Positions 43,887 to 54,370 are shown, counted from the first letter of the stretch. The stretch is DNA of 64,000 nucleotides from an uncultured Planctomycetia bacterium (GCA_964566255.1 CAZMID010000001.1:10799-74798), one strand, 5' to 3'. Notes: generated from the sequence alone by a model not told the origin. Numbers and translations are program-made.

Positions 43887-46295
43887 TTATCTATGTATAA
43901 AAATCAACCTGCGGACAAAAAAGAAACCCAACAATATACTAATAACTATTAATGTTATAATAGCACCCATCTTAAATGAATATGGATCATATATAAATTT
44001 TATTATATGTTTTCCTCTCTCAAGATAAACTGATCGTAAAATATAATCTGTTCTATAAATCTTCTCCCTTCTTCCATCTACGTATACCTTCCACCCAGGA
44101 TAAAATGTATCACCTAAGACTAAAAACTTTTTATCATCTACAGTAGCTTCAATAATAACTTCATTAGGTTTATATTCTAATATATCTACTCTCCCTTTAC
44201 GCTTAATATCATCTAAAGATGCAAAATCTTCCTCTAAGATTATTTCCTTTGAAGGATTAAAATCCTTACTCTTTAGTCTTTTAAGGATTTCTTCTTCATC
44301 TTTAATTAAGACTGCCTTATCCACTAAAAACACTCTTGGTAGAACATTCTTATTCTCATAAATATTGATATTTTTATTTCTTTTAACTAATCTATAGCCC
44401 TTAGCACTAAAATCCTTTATAGAAGCTATATATTTTACATTTAATAGATTTAGAAGATTTGTTTCATCAGGTGAAGCTTGTTGCATTATTATCTTTATTA
44501 TATCTTCATTTCTTTTTGGAAAAAATTGCTCATATCCATATATATCATAAATTTGAAAACCTACCCCCCTATCAGAAACTAATCTTTCCTTAAGAATGCG
44601 AATAGATTCGAAATAATCTCTCTCAGGAAGAAATCTATTCTCTTTCAAGGTTACAGGAGAAGTAAATGTTCTAAATAGAGTTTTATCCTCTTTTAAAAAT
44701 TCAATAGTCCTACCTGGTTTTAGATATTCATCTATATCCATATTTTGATAAACAATCCTATTTGCTGTCAATAGATCCATAAAAGATATAAATAGTAATA
44801 TTGGAATTATTAAGTTCGATCTTATCTTTTTCTTTAAAGGTAAGAACATTAATACTGATAAATACATAAAAACATAAAGACTTCTCTTTATATTATGCAT
44901 ACCTACATATATAAAATCTCTAACATCACTAGCTTTATCTATAAAACTGGGTACTATAGCTAAAATCTTTCTATGTAAAAAATCGCTAGTTGCAGTAAAA
45001 TTCAAGTTAATCATTAAATAAAAAAATGAACTTATAACTCCAAATATCAATATACCTTTTAAGAATCTTCTAAGATTCTCACTTGATGAAATATTCTCTC
45101 TATAATATTCAAGTCCCATTCCAGCTAGAATCGCTAATGAAAATGCTGCCATAAAAAAGAATTTCACTGGATATCTTAATAAGCCAAATCCAGGGATAAA
45201 GTTATATAAAAAATAATATATTGGTGTATATCTTCCAAGGGAAAGCAGTAAGCTTACTGCCAGAAGATAAAAAAATGTCTTTCTTTTTTCTGTTACATCA
45301 AACTTTAAAGATAATACAACACATATCACAGTAAATATACCCATATAAAAAGTTAAGATCAAACTCTGTCTTATCCAATACTCCTTATATAGATAATCAG
45401 AGTCACTTAAATAAGGTACGAATAAATCTAAAAATGCATATGGAGGAAATGACCATATGGATACCTCATTAAAATGCATTGTAGCCCTAGGAGACTCTTT
45501 TATTATTTCCAAAAAAGGCAAGATCTGAAAACATGAAAGGCCTATAAAAACTAATAAAGCCAAAGCCAGTGGTATCAGACATCTTATGTAGGAGGTGTTT
45601 AAGTTTAAGCGGCCCCTGCGATTTACTTTTTCAAAGTATGCCCCTTTAGCAGACTTCTGTCGAAAACCCAAAAAAACCAAAATAAAACATGTAAGATAAA
45701 AAACTGCGGGACTCCCACCCAAGAACATCAGTGTTAGGAATATTCCCGTAAGCATAGAATTCTTAAGCCACTTCTTTCCTAAAGACCTCTCATAAAATAA
45801 AATTACAATCGGGAGCCATGCAACAGAAGTAAGTTGGGGCACTAAATTTATTGCAGAAATGATATATCCGCCAAACATAAAAATTAAACCTGAAAAAAAT
45901 GATCCATATCTAGAATAATTCCACTCTCTCATCAATAGATATGTAAAAACACCTGCCAAAAAAATATGTAATATTATGAAATAATTGAATGCTTGTGGAT
46001 AAGAAAATAGCATGTAGATAATGCTTAGGGGATAAAATACACTGTTTTGAATTTCTGCAATGTGTGAGGTTCCGCAGTGAAGGTAGGGATCCCATAAAGG
46101 AATAGATCCAGCACGAAATTGGATTGCACTGAATTCTCTTAGGGGATAATAACTTCTTATAAGATCTCTATGTACAAAGATTTTATTTGCAAATAATACA
46201 TCAGAAAAAAAGATACATATAAGGGCTATAAAAACAAAAATGGGAATGGTATCTTTCATCCATTCCCATTTAGAATTTATAGGTATTTCTTTCAA
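43887..46295 (-). CDS. YfhO-family polytopic (GT-C-like) glycosyltransferase
   Basis: RDL..YYP, PLWDPY..G, FYP, many TM helices, RYP, LNLLNVKY, YENKNVLPR, YPGWKVYVDG, GKHIIKFIYDP. Confidence 0.82.
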   Translation of the reverse strand: MKEIPINSKWEWMKDTIPIFVFIALICIFFSDVLFANKIFVHRDLIRSYYPLREFSAIQFRAGSIPLWDPYLHCGTSHIAEIQNSVFYPLSIIYMLFSYPQAFNYFIILHIFLAGVFTYLLMREWNYSRYGSFFSGLIFMFGGYIISAINLVPQLTSVAWLPIVILFYERSLGKKWLKNSMLTGIFLTLMFLGGSPAVFYLTCFILVFLGFRQKSAKGAYFEKVNRRGRLNLNTSYIRCLIPLALALLVFIGLSCFQILPFLEIIKESPRATMHFNEVSIWSFPPYAFLDLFVPYLSDSDYLYKEYWIRQSLILTFYMGIFTVICVVLSLKFDVTEKRKTFFYLLAVSLLLSLGRYTPIYYFLYNFIPGFGLLRYPVKFFFMAAFSLAILAGMGLEYYRENISSSENLRRFLKGILIFGVISSFFYLMINLNFTATSDFLHRKILAIVPSFIDKASDVRDFIYVGMHNIKRSLYVFMYLSVLMFLPLKKKIRSNLIIPILLFISFMDLLTANRIVYQNMDIDEYLKPGRTIEFLKEDKTLFRTFTSPVTLKENRFLPERDYFESIRILKERLVSDRGVGFQIYDIYGYEQFFPKRNEDIIKIIMQQASPDETNLLNLLNVKYIASIKDFSAKGYRLVKRNKNINIYENKNVLPRVFLVDKAVLIKDEEEILKRLKSKDFNPSKEIILEEDFASLDDIKRKGRVDILEYKPNEVIIEATVDDKKFLVLGDTFYPGWKVYVDGRREKIYRTDYILRSVYLERGKHIIKFIYDPYSFKMGAIITLIVISILLGFFFVRRLIFIHR

Positions 46296-46316
46296 ATCCG
46301 TGGTAACTTATATTAT

Positions 46317-46718
46317 TTACCAGCTAGAAGTATCTATTGTACCATCAGAATAAGCCCCTGCCACACCAGTACTTGATATATACCACCATCCACTTGCAGA
46401 TGTATCAGTTCCACCAGGTGCAGCTGTTACAACCCCAATAGCTGTAGCATCATTTAATTTATTTGTTGGGGTACGACTATCTGCAAAATTAGCAGTTGTT
46501 AATGCAGAAGGGAACGAAGCTGCGCCAGAAGTAGCGTTCTTTGCATATTCAATAGCAATTACTGAGCGAATCGCACCCAGGCCAGCCTTGCCAGCAGAGG
46601 TCTTTGCGCTTGTAGTTATATCTACGAATTTAGGAATAGCTATTGCTGCCAATATACCAAGGATAACAATTACCATTACAAGTTCAATAAGAGTGAAACC
46701 TTTTTTATTCCTAATCAT
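46317..46718 (-). CDS. Major type IV pilin candidate (MshA/PilA-like)
   Basis: KKG|FTLIELVMVIVILGILAAIAIPKF; strong AGGAGG SD; 133 aa, S/T/A-rich. Confidence 0.88.
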   Translation of the reverse strand: MIRNKKGFTLIELVMVIVILGILAAIAIPKFVDITTSAKTSAGKAGLGAIRSVIAIEYAKNATSGAASFPSALTTANFADSRTPTNKLNDATAIGVVTAAPGGTDTSASGWWYISSTGVAGAYSDGTIDTSSW

Positions 46719-47077
46719 TACCTCCTCCTTTCAACCTTGCCAGTTTTACTATTATATATGAATCTACGACCATATGGATCTATTGGATAACCTTCCTTAT
46801 CCTGTACCTGCTTTTCTAAGTACCTTCTGCCATATAAAGTACTTTCTTTTACTGTTCGGCACTTCTTATTAAGCTCTCTAATATCTTTTGGATAAGAACC
46901 TTCTAGTATCATATACAATTCTAATGAATATTTCAGATTTGTCAATTGATTTTCCAAAGCAACCTCTCTTGCCTCACTCAAATTCCTTACAAGATAGCTT
47001 GAAAAAATCCCTACAATAAGGCCTACTATTAAAATAATAAAGATTAATTCTAATATGCCTCTACCATACTGCATCAT
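46718..47077 (-). CDS. Degenerate pilin/pseudopilin (GspG-like)
   Basis: YG-RGILE plus hydrophobic helix, GSYP, IDPYG. Confidence 0.65.
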   Translation of the reverse strand: MMQYGRGILELIFIILIVGLIVGIFSSYLVRNLSEAREVALENQLTNLKYSLELYMILEGSYPKDIRELNKKCRTVKESTLYGRRYLEKQVQDKEGYPIDPYGRRFIYNSKTGKVERRR

Positions 47078-48295
47078 TTAAGTCCTAAATAATGACATCA
47101 GATTCCACATAGGCAAGAATATTGCTAATGCAAGAATCAAGACTAGAATCCCTATAATAAATATTAAAATCGGCTCTATAAGAACTGTAAGGTTCCTGAC
47201 AGTATAATCTACTTGAGAATCATAATAGTCCGCTACCTTTAATAATAAGTCGTCTATTTTACCTGTCTCCTCTCCTATCTTAACCATCTGCATTACAATA
47301 CTAGGAAAAAGTCCACTTGCCTTCATTGGTTCTACCATGCCCTTGCCTTCATTGACAGCTTCTATAATATTTTCAATTGAATTCGAAACAATCTTATTGC
47401 CAATGCCTCCCTTAACAATACCAAGTGCATTCAATATAGGTATACCACTTGAAGAAAGCACAGAAGTCATTCTGCTAAACCTTGACATTGAAATCTTTAA
47501 AGTAAGTTCTCCAAAAATAGGAACTTTTAATTTAAAATTATCCCACAAGTATCTACCTTTTTTAGTGTTGATAAAATTCTTGAAAACTATAGCTAATCCA
47601 AATATTGCAAGAATTATAAGATACCAATAATGTACCAATATAAAATTTAAACCTAAAAGCATCCTTGTAGGAAGTGGGAGTTGGGCTTCAAATCTTGCAA
47701 AGAGAGCACTAAACTTAGGTATTATAAACATAACTGCCATAGGAAACGCCATGGAAATAGTCAATACAACCAATATCGGATATCGTGTTGCCTGCTTTAT
47801 CTTCATATTTACTTCCTGTTCGTGCTCAAGAAAATTCGCAAGCCTATCTAATACACTATCCAAGATACCGGCTGTCTCTCCTGCGCGTATCATATTTATA
47901 TAAACATCAGAGAATACTTTAGGAAATTTTGAAAGGGTTTCTGATAGGTTCTTTCCTGCTTCTATATCGCGGGCTATCTCATTAATAATACCTTTAAAAT
48001 ACGTATTACTAGTCTGTTCTTGTATAGATTCTAAACTAACAAGGATTGAAACCCCTGAACGCTGCAGTGTCATGAGCTGTCTTGTAAAAACAATCAGCTC
48101 AGCCAGTTTTACACTGTGAAAGATTTTCTCTAAAAGATTAATTTTATTTAATGTAAGATGATGTTCTTTGATGAGAATGGGTGCATAGCCCATTTTTTTG
48201 AAGTGAGTAGCGACTGTCTCTTTGGATTCTGATTCTATGGTGCCTGTAGAAGCCCGTCCGTACTTATCACGGATCTTATAGCGGAAATTAGGCAT
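47078..48295 (-). CDS. pilC: Pilus/T2SS platform protein (PilC/GspF family)
   Basis: FTRQL, AGETAG, RYP, IGEETG, LIEP, LPMW. Confidence 0.9.
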   Translation of the reverse strand: MPNFRYKIRDKYGRASTGTIESESKETVATHFKKMGYAPILIKEHHLTLNKINLLEKIFHSVKLAELIVFTRQLMTLQRSGVSILVSLESIQEQTSNTYFKGIINEIARDIEAGKNLSETLSKFPKVFSDVYINMIRAGETAGILDSVLDRLANFLEHEQEVNMKIKQATRYPILVVLTISMAFPMAVMFIIPKFSALFARFEAQLPLPTRMLLGLNFILVHYWYLIILAIFGLAIVFKNFINTKKGRYLWDNFKLKVPIFGELTLKISMSRFSRMTSVLSSSGIPILNALGIVKGGIGNKIVSNSIENIIEAVNEGKGMVEPMKASGLFPSIVMQMVKIGEETGKIDDLLLKVADYYDSQVDYTVRNLTVLIEPILIFIIGILVLILALAIFLPMWNLMSLFRT

Positions 48296-48297
48296 TA

Positions 48298-49971
48298 TTA
48301 CTCTTTTGTTATCTTAATTATCTCATCTATCGTGGTAATACCTTTTGAAACCTTCTCCAGTCCATCGTCATTCAATGTCTTCATGTCCATCTCAAGAGCC
48401 TTCTTCTTTATTACGTCACTCGAGGCCCTAGCAATAATCATTTTCCTGATTCCTTCATTGATTATTAGAAGCTCAAATACCCCGACTCTACCTTTATATC
48501 CTGTATCCTTACAATTCTTACAGCCTTTACCTCTAAATAATTTTTTAATATCTTTACCTGCAGATTTTAAGATCTCATCTGATGGCTTATAAGATTCCTT
48601 ACATTTTTCACAGACTTTTCTAACAAGTCTCTGGGCCAAGATCCCTATAACTGAACTTGAAATCAAAAATGGCTCCACACCCATATCCAAAAGCCTTGTC
48701 AAGGCTGTCGCAGCATCATTTGTATGTAAAGTACTAAAAACTAGATGTCCTGTTAGTGCTGCCTGAATAGAAATCTCGACTGTTTCCTTGTCTCTGATTT
48801 CTCCTACCATTATTATATCTGGATCTTGTCTTAAAATAGACTTAAGTCCTGTTGCAAATGTCAGGCCTGCCTTTGGATTTATTTGAGACTGTCTGATTCT
48901 ACCTAGATGATATTCAACAGGATCTTCTACAGTAATAATATTTTGCTCTTTTGAATCGATTGTAGAAAGAGCTGAATAAAGAGTGGTAGTTTTTCCGCTT
49001 CCAGTAGGTCCTGTAACAAGTATTATTCCATGAGGGTGCTTTATCAAAGATTCAAAATCTTTTTGCATCTTTTTAGAAAAACCTAAAATATCAAGGTCTA
49101 ATAAGACTGCTCCTTTATCTAAAATCCTTATTACTATATTTTCGCCATATATCGTAGGAAATGTAGAAACCCTCAAATCGATATCTCTATTTTCTACTTT
49201 TATATTAAACCTTCCATCTTGTGGTTTTCTTTTTTCTGCAATATCAATCTTAGAAAGAACCTTTATCCTGGATAAAAGTGCTGCTTCAAGATGCTTGGGT
49301 GGTGAAAACATCTCGTATAAAACACCATCTATTCTGAACCTAACCTTTAACACCCCTTCTTCTGGTTCTATATGTATATCACTGGCTCTTTCTTTTACTG
49401 CCTGCATAATTATTAGATTTACAAGTTTTATAACAGGTGCCTCATCTGCTATCTCAGCAAGTTTTTTAGTGTCTAACTCTACAGGTGCGATTTCTTTCTT
49501 TTTATCCTTACTGATATCTCTTATTACATCTTCAACTGAACCCTGTACGCCATAATACTGATCTATTGCACTTAATATAGCACTTTCACTTGCCAATACC
49601 GACTCTATCTCACATTTAGATTTACGACTCAAATCATCTATAGCCATAATATCTTTTGGATCTGCCATTGCTACAGTAACAGTATCTCCTATTTTAAAAA
49701 CAGGAATTGCTTTATGTTTACGTGCTACACTTTCTGATATGAGTTTTAATATATTGGCATCCACTAAGTAATTACTTAGATCGATATAAGGGACTTCTAA
49801 TGCCTCAGACATTGCCTGGGCATAATCATCTTCTGTAACTATGCCTGTTTTTACCAATAATTTACCAATAGGTATGCCTTTTTTCTTAGAATCTTCCTTG
49901 GCCTTTTTAATATGCTCTTCTGTAATAAAAGAACGTTCTAATAAAATTTGTTCTACAGTCTTTTTTGTCAT
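48298..49971 (-). CDS. pilB: Pilus/T2SS assembly ATPase (PilB/GspE family)
   Basis: ASDIHIEP, PQDGR, GPTGSGKTTT, LRQDPD, MVGEIRD, tetracysteine motif. Confidence 0.92.
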   Translation of the reverse strand: MTKKTVEQILLERSFITEEHIKKAKEDSKKKGIPIGKLLVKTGIVTEDDYAQAMSEALEVPYIDLSNYLVDANILKLISESVARKHKAIPVFKIGDTVTVAMADPKDIMAIDDLSRKSKCEIESVLASESAILSAIDQYYGVQGSVEDVIRDISKDKKKEIAPVELDTKKLAEIADEAPVIKLVNLIIMQAVKERASDIHIEPEEGVLKVRFRIDGVLYEMFSPPKHLEAALLSRIKVLSKIDIAEKRKPQDGRFNIKVENRDIDLRVSTFPTIYGENIVIRILDKGAVLLDLDILGFSKKMQKDFESLIKHPHGIILVTGPTGSGKTTTLYSALSTIDSKEQNIITVEDPVEYHLGRIRQSQINPKAGLTFATGLKSILRQDPDIIMVGEIRDKETVEISIQAALTGHLVFSTLHTNDAATALTRLLDMGVEPFLISSSVIGILAQRLVRKVCEKCKESYKPSDEILKSAGKDIKKLFRGKGCKNCKDTGYKGRVGVFELLIINEGIRKMIIARASSDVIKKKALEMDMKTLNDDGLEKVSKGITTIDEIIKITKE

Positions 49972-49973
49972 AT

Positions 49974-50342
49974 CTATCCTAATAACTCCTTTATCTTTTG
50001 TACTAGTTCCTGAGGTTCAAATGGTTTTGTTATATGAGCATCTGAACCTACCTGTTTACTTAATTCTTCATCTTTTTCTTGTGCACGCGCAGTAAACATA
50101 ATAATAGGTATTGACTTATAATCCTTATTAGCCTTAAGAGTCCTACAAACCTCAAACCCATCCATCTTAGGAAGCATCAGATCTAAAATTATAAGATCTG
50201 GCTTGATAGATTTTGCCTTTTTTAAGGCGTCTTCTCCATCTCCGGCCTCAGTCACATCATAGTTTAATGCCTCAAGGCGGAATTTCAACATTTTTCTTAA
50301 ATCTTCTTCATCATCTACTAAAAGTATTCTCTTCTTATCCAT
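49974..50342 (-). CDS. Single-domain response regulator (receiver only)
   Basis: LLVDDE, DLIILDLMLP, FTA, KPF. Confidence 0.93.
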   Translation of the reverse strand: MDKKRILLVDDEEDLRKMLKFRLEALNYDVTEAGDGEDALKKAKSIKPDLIILDLMLPKMDGFEVCRTLKANKDYKSIPIIMFTARAQEKDEELSKQVGSDAHITKPFEPQELVQKIKELLG

Positions 50343-50354
50343 AACTTACCCCTT

Positions 50355-50870
50355 TTAAGTTAAATATTCTGATATGGCTTTTTCCCATAAACCTTGAGAT
50401 TTAAGTATAATCTCTATAAGTTCTCTTACTGCTCCCTTCCCACCTTGCTTTTTAGTGATATAATGAGCAGATTTTTTTACTTCTTCTACTGCATTAGGGG
50501 GTGCAACTGAAAAACCAACCCTTTTTATTATAGGTAGATCTAAAAGGTCATCTCCCATAAAACAAACTTCATCGTCTTTTACTTTGAATTTATTAAGTAC
50601 GCTTTTATAAATCTTTAGCTTTTTATGATCTGAATAGACTGCTGAAACTTTCATCTCGGCCGCCCTATGCTTAACAATTCTTGTTTTCTTTGCAGTAATA
50701 ATTACTGATTTTATACCTATCCTATTAAGAAGGATCATACCAAAACCATCATTTACATTAAAACATTTTAATTCATCCCCAAAATTGTCGTAAATTATGC
50801 GTCCATCTGTAAGAACACCGTCTACATCTAATATTAATAACTTTACTTTTTGTGCGCGCTCTTCAATCAT
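50355..50870 (-). CDS. kdsC: Kdo 8-phosphate phosphatase
   Basis: DVDGVLTDG, GDDLLD, GGKGAVRE; start re-called at ATG 50870 (ATGA overlap with kdsD). Confidence 0.93.
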   Translation of the reverse strand: MIEERAQKVKLLILDVDGVLTDGRIIYDNFGDELKCFNVNDGFGMILLNRIGIKSVIITAKKTRIVKHRAAEMKVSAVYSDHKKLKIYKSVLNKFKVKDDEVCFMGDDLLDLPIIKRVGFSVAPPNAVEEVKKSAHYITKKQGGKGAVRELIEIILKSQGLWEKAISEYLT

Positions 50871-51826
50871 ACAAGCCCTGCCTTTAAAAGGTCCTGGACA
50901 TCTACTATACCTATGGCACAACCTTTATCATCTACTATAGGAATCTCATCTATCTTATTTTCTCGTAAAATCCTTAGTGCCTCAACTGCAAGACATCCTT
51001 TTTTAAGTGTTTTGGGTCTTTTTGTCATTACATCTTTAACTTTTCTTCTTGAAAGATCAGGGTCTTCTTCTAAATGCCTTCTTAAATCTCCATCTGTAAA
51101 AACGCCTTTTAATTTCTTTTTTCCATCTATAACTGTAGCACTTCCTGCCCTAGCAGCAGTAATTGCTAAAAGGACGTCTTTTACCTTACAATTTTCTTTT
51201 ACAAGAGGATTTGCATTGCCTTTTCTCATTATATCTTCTACCTTTAAAAGAAGCTGTTTTCCAAGATTCCCACCTGGATGAAGAAATGCAAAATCACTTC
51301 TTTTGAACCCTCTTTTATCCATCAATGCAGCACACAGGGCATCCCCCATCGCAAGCATTGTAGTCGTACTTGCCATAGGTGCAAGCTGCAATGGACAGGC
51401 CTCTTTTTTTATTGAAACATCGAGCGTTGCATCACTATTTTTGGCAAGTGTTGAAGAGGTATTTCCTGTTATTGCAATCAGTTTTGAGCCAATCTTTTTT
51501 ATATGAGGGATTAATCTTATGATTTCTTCTGTTTCGCCACTATTTGAGATGGCAATTAAAATATCTTCTTTTCTTACTCTACCCAAGTCACCATGAATTG
51601 CCTCTACAGCATGAAGCCATAAACTAGGCGTACCAGTAGATGAAAGAGTTGCAGAGATCTTTTGACCTACGATGCCAGCCTTACCCATACCTGTTACAAC
51701 CACTCTTCCTTTAGACGAAAAAATAAGTCTAACTGCCTTCTCAAAATCTTTATTTATTCGTGAAGATAGCTGTTTTATGGATTCGGATTCTATTTTTAAA
51801 ACTTGTTTTGCGCGTTTTTTTAGCAT
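50867..51826 (-). CDS. kdsD: Arabinose-5-phosphate isomerase (KpsF/GutQ)
   Basis: GMGKAG, EAIHGDLG, SNSGET, HPGG, CBS pair. Confidence 0.95.
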   Translation of the reverse strand: MLKKRAKQVLKIESESIKQLSSRINKDFEKAVRLIFSSKGRVVVTGMGKAGIVGQKISATLSSTGTPSLWLHAVEAIHGDLGRVRKEDILIAISNSGETEEIIRLIPHIKKIGSKLIAITGNTSSTLAKNSDATLDVSIKKEACPLQLAPMASTTTMLAMGDALCAALMDKRGFKRSDFAFLHPGGNLGKQLLLKVEDIMRKGNANPLVKENCKVKDVLLAITAARAGSATVIDGKKKLKGVFTDGDLRRHLEEDPDLSRRKVKDVMTKRPKTLKKGCLAVEALRILRENKIDEIPIVDDKGCAIGIVDVQDLLKAGLV

Positions 51827-52641
51827 TTTGTAATTTTATCTATTTTTTTGATGTCTTTTAATAGTTTTTTAAGTGCATCCAGCGTAATCATATTAGGACC
51901 ATCACAAGGTGCCTTATCCGGATCTTTATGAACCTCTAAAAATAAACCGTCACAACCCATTGCTACAGCTGCACGCGAAAGACCAGGTACGAATTTACGT
52001 TCTCCGCCGGAAGATTCACCTTCGCCTCCAGGTAACTGTACACTATGCGTTGCATCATAAATAACAGGGTAATCAAACTTACTTAATATTTCCAAAGATC
52101 TCATATCACTAACAAGATTATTGTAACCAAACATCGTGCCGCGCTCTGTAATGATAATATTTTTATTCCCGGTCGATTCTATCTTCTCTATGATATTACC
52201 AATATCCCATGGTGCCAAGAACTGACCTTTTTTAATATTTACTATTTTCTTTGTCTTTGCAACTTCTACAATAAAATCAGTCTGCCTACATAAAAATGCG
52301 GGTATTTGAATAATATCTAAAACCTTTTTTGCCTTATCTAGTTCAGTCTTACAATGAACATCACTTAATATAGGAATATCTAAATCCTTTTTGATCTTTG
52401 CTAAAATCTCTAAACCTTCATCAATCCCTGGCCCCCTGAATGAATTCATGTTAGAACGATTTGCCTTATCATAACTTGTTTTAAATATAAAACCTATATC
52501 TTCTTTTTTACAAATCTCTCTTATTAACTTTGCATGCTCTAAAGAATGTGAGCTACTTTCTATTACACAAGGCCCTGCAATTAAAATAATAGGATTTTTA
52601 CTGCCTAGTTTTATATTTTTTATTTTTATCTCTTTAGTCAT
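51820..52641 (-). CDS. kdsA: Kdo 8-phosphate synthase
   Basis: AGPCVIES, KANRS, IPAFLCRQTD, KKGQF, DATHSVQ. Confidence 0.97.
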   Translation of the reverse strand: MTKEIKIKNIKLGSKNPIILIAGPCVIESSSHSLEHAKLIREICKKEDIGFIFKTSYDKANRSNMNSFRGPGIDEGLEILAKIKKDLDIPILSDVHCKTELDKAKKVLDIIQIPAFLCRQTDFIVEVAKTKKIVNIKKGQFLAPWDIGNIIEKIESTGNKNIIITERGTMFGYNNLVSDMRSLEILSKFDYPVIYDATHSVQLPGGEGESSGGERKFVPGLSRAAVAMGCDGLFLEVHKDPDKAPCDGPNMITLDALKKLLKDIKKIDKITKC

Positions 52642-52649
52642 CTTATCCT

Positions 52650-53399
52650 TTATAAGAAACTAAGTTGTTCTGAATTCTTCATTACTTCGACTGCCTTCTT
52701 TAAATCCTCTGGTGTATCTATACCAATTGTATCAAATTTTGTTTCTAATACTTTTATTTTATATCCATTCTCAATTACTCTCAGTTGTTCTAACTTTTCA
52801 TTCTTCTCTAGCTTTGTCTGAGGAAGACTCCTAAATGTCAAAAGAAAATCCTTAGTATAAGCATAAAGTCCTATATGTTTATAACAACTTGTCACTCGAG
52901 TCTCATGCTTTAATGCATATGGAATTGGTGCTCTAGAAAAATATAATGCAAAACCATATCTATCTCTAACTACCTTTACTACATTCGGATCTACGATTTC
53001 ATATAGATCTTTAATTTTATGACAAAGCGTTGTCATGTAAATATTCTTATCTTTTAATATAGGAAAAACAACATCGTCTATCATACTGGGATGGATAAAT
53101 GGCTCATCTGCCTGGATATTTACAATAACCTTTGCTTCAATTGAATTGGCTACCTCAGTAAGTCTATCTGAACCACTCTTATGGGCTTGGGATGTATATA
53201 CAGACTTTGCACCAAAACCTCTTGCCGTCCTATATATACGTTTATCATCAGTAGCTATTATAAGGTCTTCTATTGATTTTGACTTTTTGGCGTTTTCCCA
53301 AGTGTGTTGAATAACCGGTTTTCCACAGAGATCTCCTAAAAGCTTTCCTTCGAATCTAACTGAACCATATCGCGCTGGGATTATTCCTACAGCATTCAT
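52650..53399 (-). CDS. kdsB: CMP-Kdo synthetase
   Basis: IPARYGSVRFEGK, SGSDR, VNIQADEP, LYFSRAPIP, EKLEQLR. Confidence 0.96.
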   Translation of the reverse strand: MNAVGIIPARYGSVRFEGKLLGDLCGKPVIQHTWENAKKSKSIEDLIIATDDKRIYRTARGFGAKSVYTSQAHKSGSDRLTEVANSIEAKVIVNIQADEPFIHPSMIDDVVFPILKDKNIYMTTLCHKIKDLYEIVDPNVVKVVRDRYGFALYFSRAPIPYALKHETRVTSCYKHIGLYAYTKDFLLTFRSLPQTKLEKNEKLEQLRVIENGYKIKVLETKFDTIGIDTPEDLKKAVEVMKNSEQLSFL

Positions 53400-54370
53400 T
53401 TTATCCTCGCTAAAAGTTCTTTTTGAGTTAATACAGATATTCCAACTTTACCCACTGCAATCCCTGCTGCAATATTTGAGATATAGGCTGCATCCAGCAT
53501 ACTTGCATTAGAACTAAGTGCTAAGGTAAAAACACTAATTACTGTATCGCCTGCACCCGATACATCATATACTTCTTGCGCAACTGTAGGGATATGCGTA
53601 ACAGTACCTTTTTTCTCAAAAAGCTGCATACCATCTTCGCCTAATGTCACAAGAACCGCTTCACATTTCAATTTATTAAGTAAGATTTTACCTACTTTAT
53701 TAAGGCTATCTTCTTTAATCTTCAAACCTATCGCCTGATGAGCCTCATGATGATTCGGAGTAATAGTTGTTACATTCTTATAATAATGAAAATGTTCTTC
53801 TTTAGGATCGACATTTACTATCTTTTTATGCTTTTTGGCTAATTTTAATACACCCTCTAAAAGATGAGGCGTAACAACACCTTTTCCATAATCCTCTATT
53901 ATAATTGCATCTATTTCATTTATAATCATTTTAACATAATCTATTATTTCATCAATCGGTCCTCTATTTATACCGTGCATTTTTTCTTTATCAATCCTTA
54001 CGACCTGCTGTTTATGCGCAATGACCCTTGTTTTAAGTGTGGTGGGTCTTTCTTCATCTATAATTATGCCACTCACATCTATGCCCTTATCTCTTAGTTC
54101 ATCCGTAAGAATTCTTCCTCTTTCATCCATACCTACAACACCTGCTAAATGCACTTCTGCACCAAGGGCTTTTATATTATTGGCGACATTTGCAGCACCA
54201 CCTGGCATAAAAGATTCTGAACGTACCCATACTACAGGAACAGGTGCCTCAGGAGAAATCCTTGATACATCACCCCATAAAAATTCATCAAGTATCAAGT
54301 CTCCTATTATAAGGACTCTTGCCTTTGAGAATTTATTTATAATTTTTCTGAACTTTTCTTTTTTCTTCAT
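53396..54370 (-). CDS. rfaE1: D-glycero-beta-D-manno-heptose-7-phosphate kinase (HldA/RfaE domain I)
   Basis: RISPEAPVPV, GGAANVA, DYGKG, DVSGAGDTV. Confidence 0.93.
   Translation of the reverse strand: MKKKEKFRKIINKFSKARVLIIGDLILDEFLWGDVSRISPEAPVPVVWVRSESFMPGGAANVANNIKALGAEVHLAGVVGMDERGRILTDELRDKGIDVSGIIIDEERPTTLKTRVIAHKQQVVRIDKEKMHGINRGPIDEIIDYVKMIINEIDAIIIEDYGKGVVTPHLLEGVLKLAKKHKKIVNVDPKEEHFHYYKNVTTITPNHHEAHQAIGLKIKEDSLNKVGKILLNKLKCEAVLVTLGEDGMQLFEKKGTVTHIPTVAQEVYDVSGAGDTVISVFTLALSSNASMLDAAYISNIAAGIAVGKVGISVLTQKELLARIK

Noticed and set aside
45570-45670. Hydrophilic, slightly GC-richer stretch in the yfhO-like gene with AGGAGGTG on the plus strand
   Set aside because: Consistent with a cytoplasmic loop; no credible antisense ORF or repeat boundaries.
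52887-52907. Weak period-7 pattern ACTTGTC-ACTCGAG-TCTCATG in kdsB
   Set aside because: Too degenerate to distinguish from chance without a genome-wide scan.
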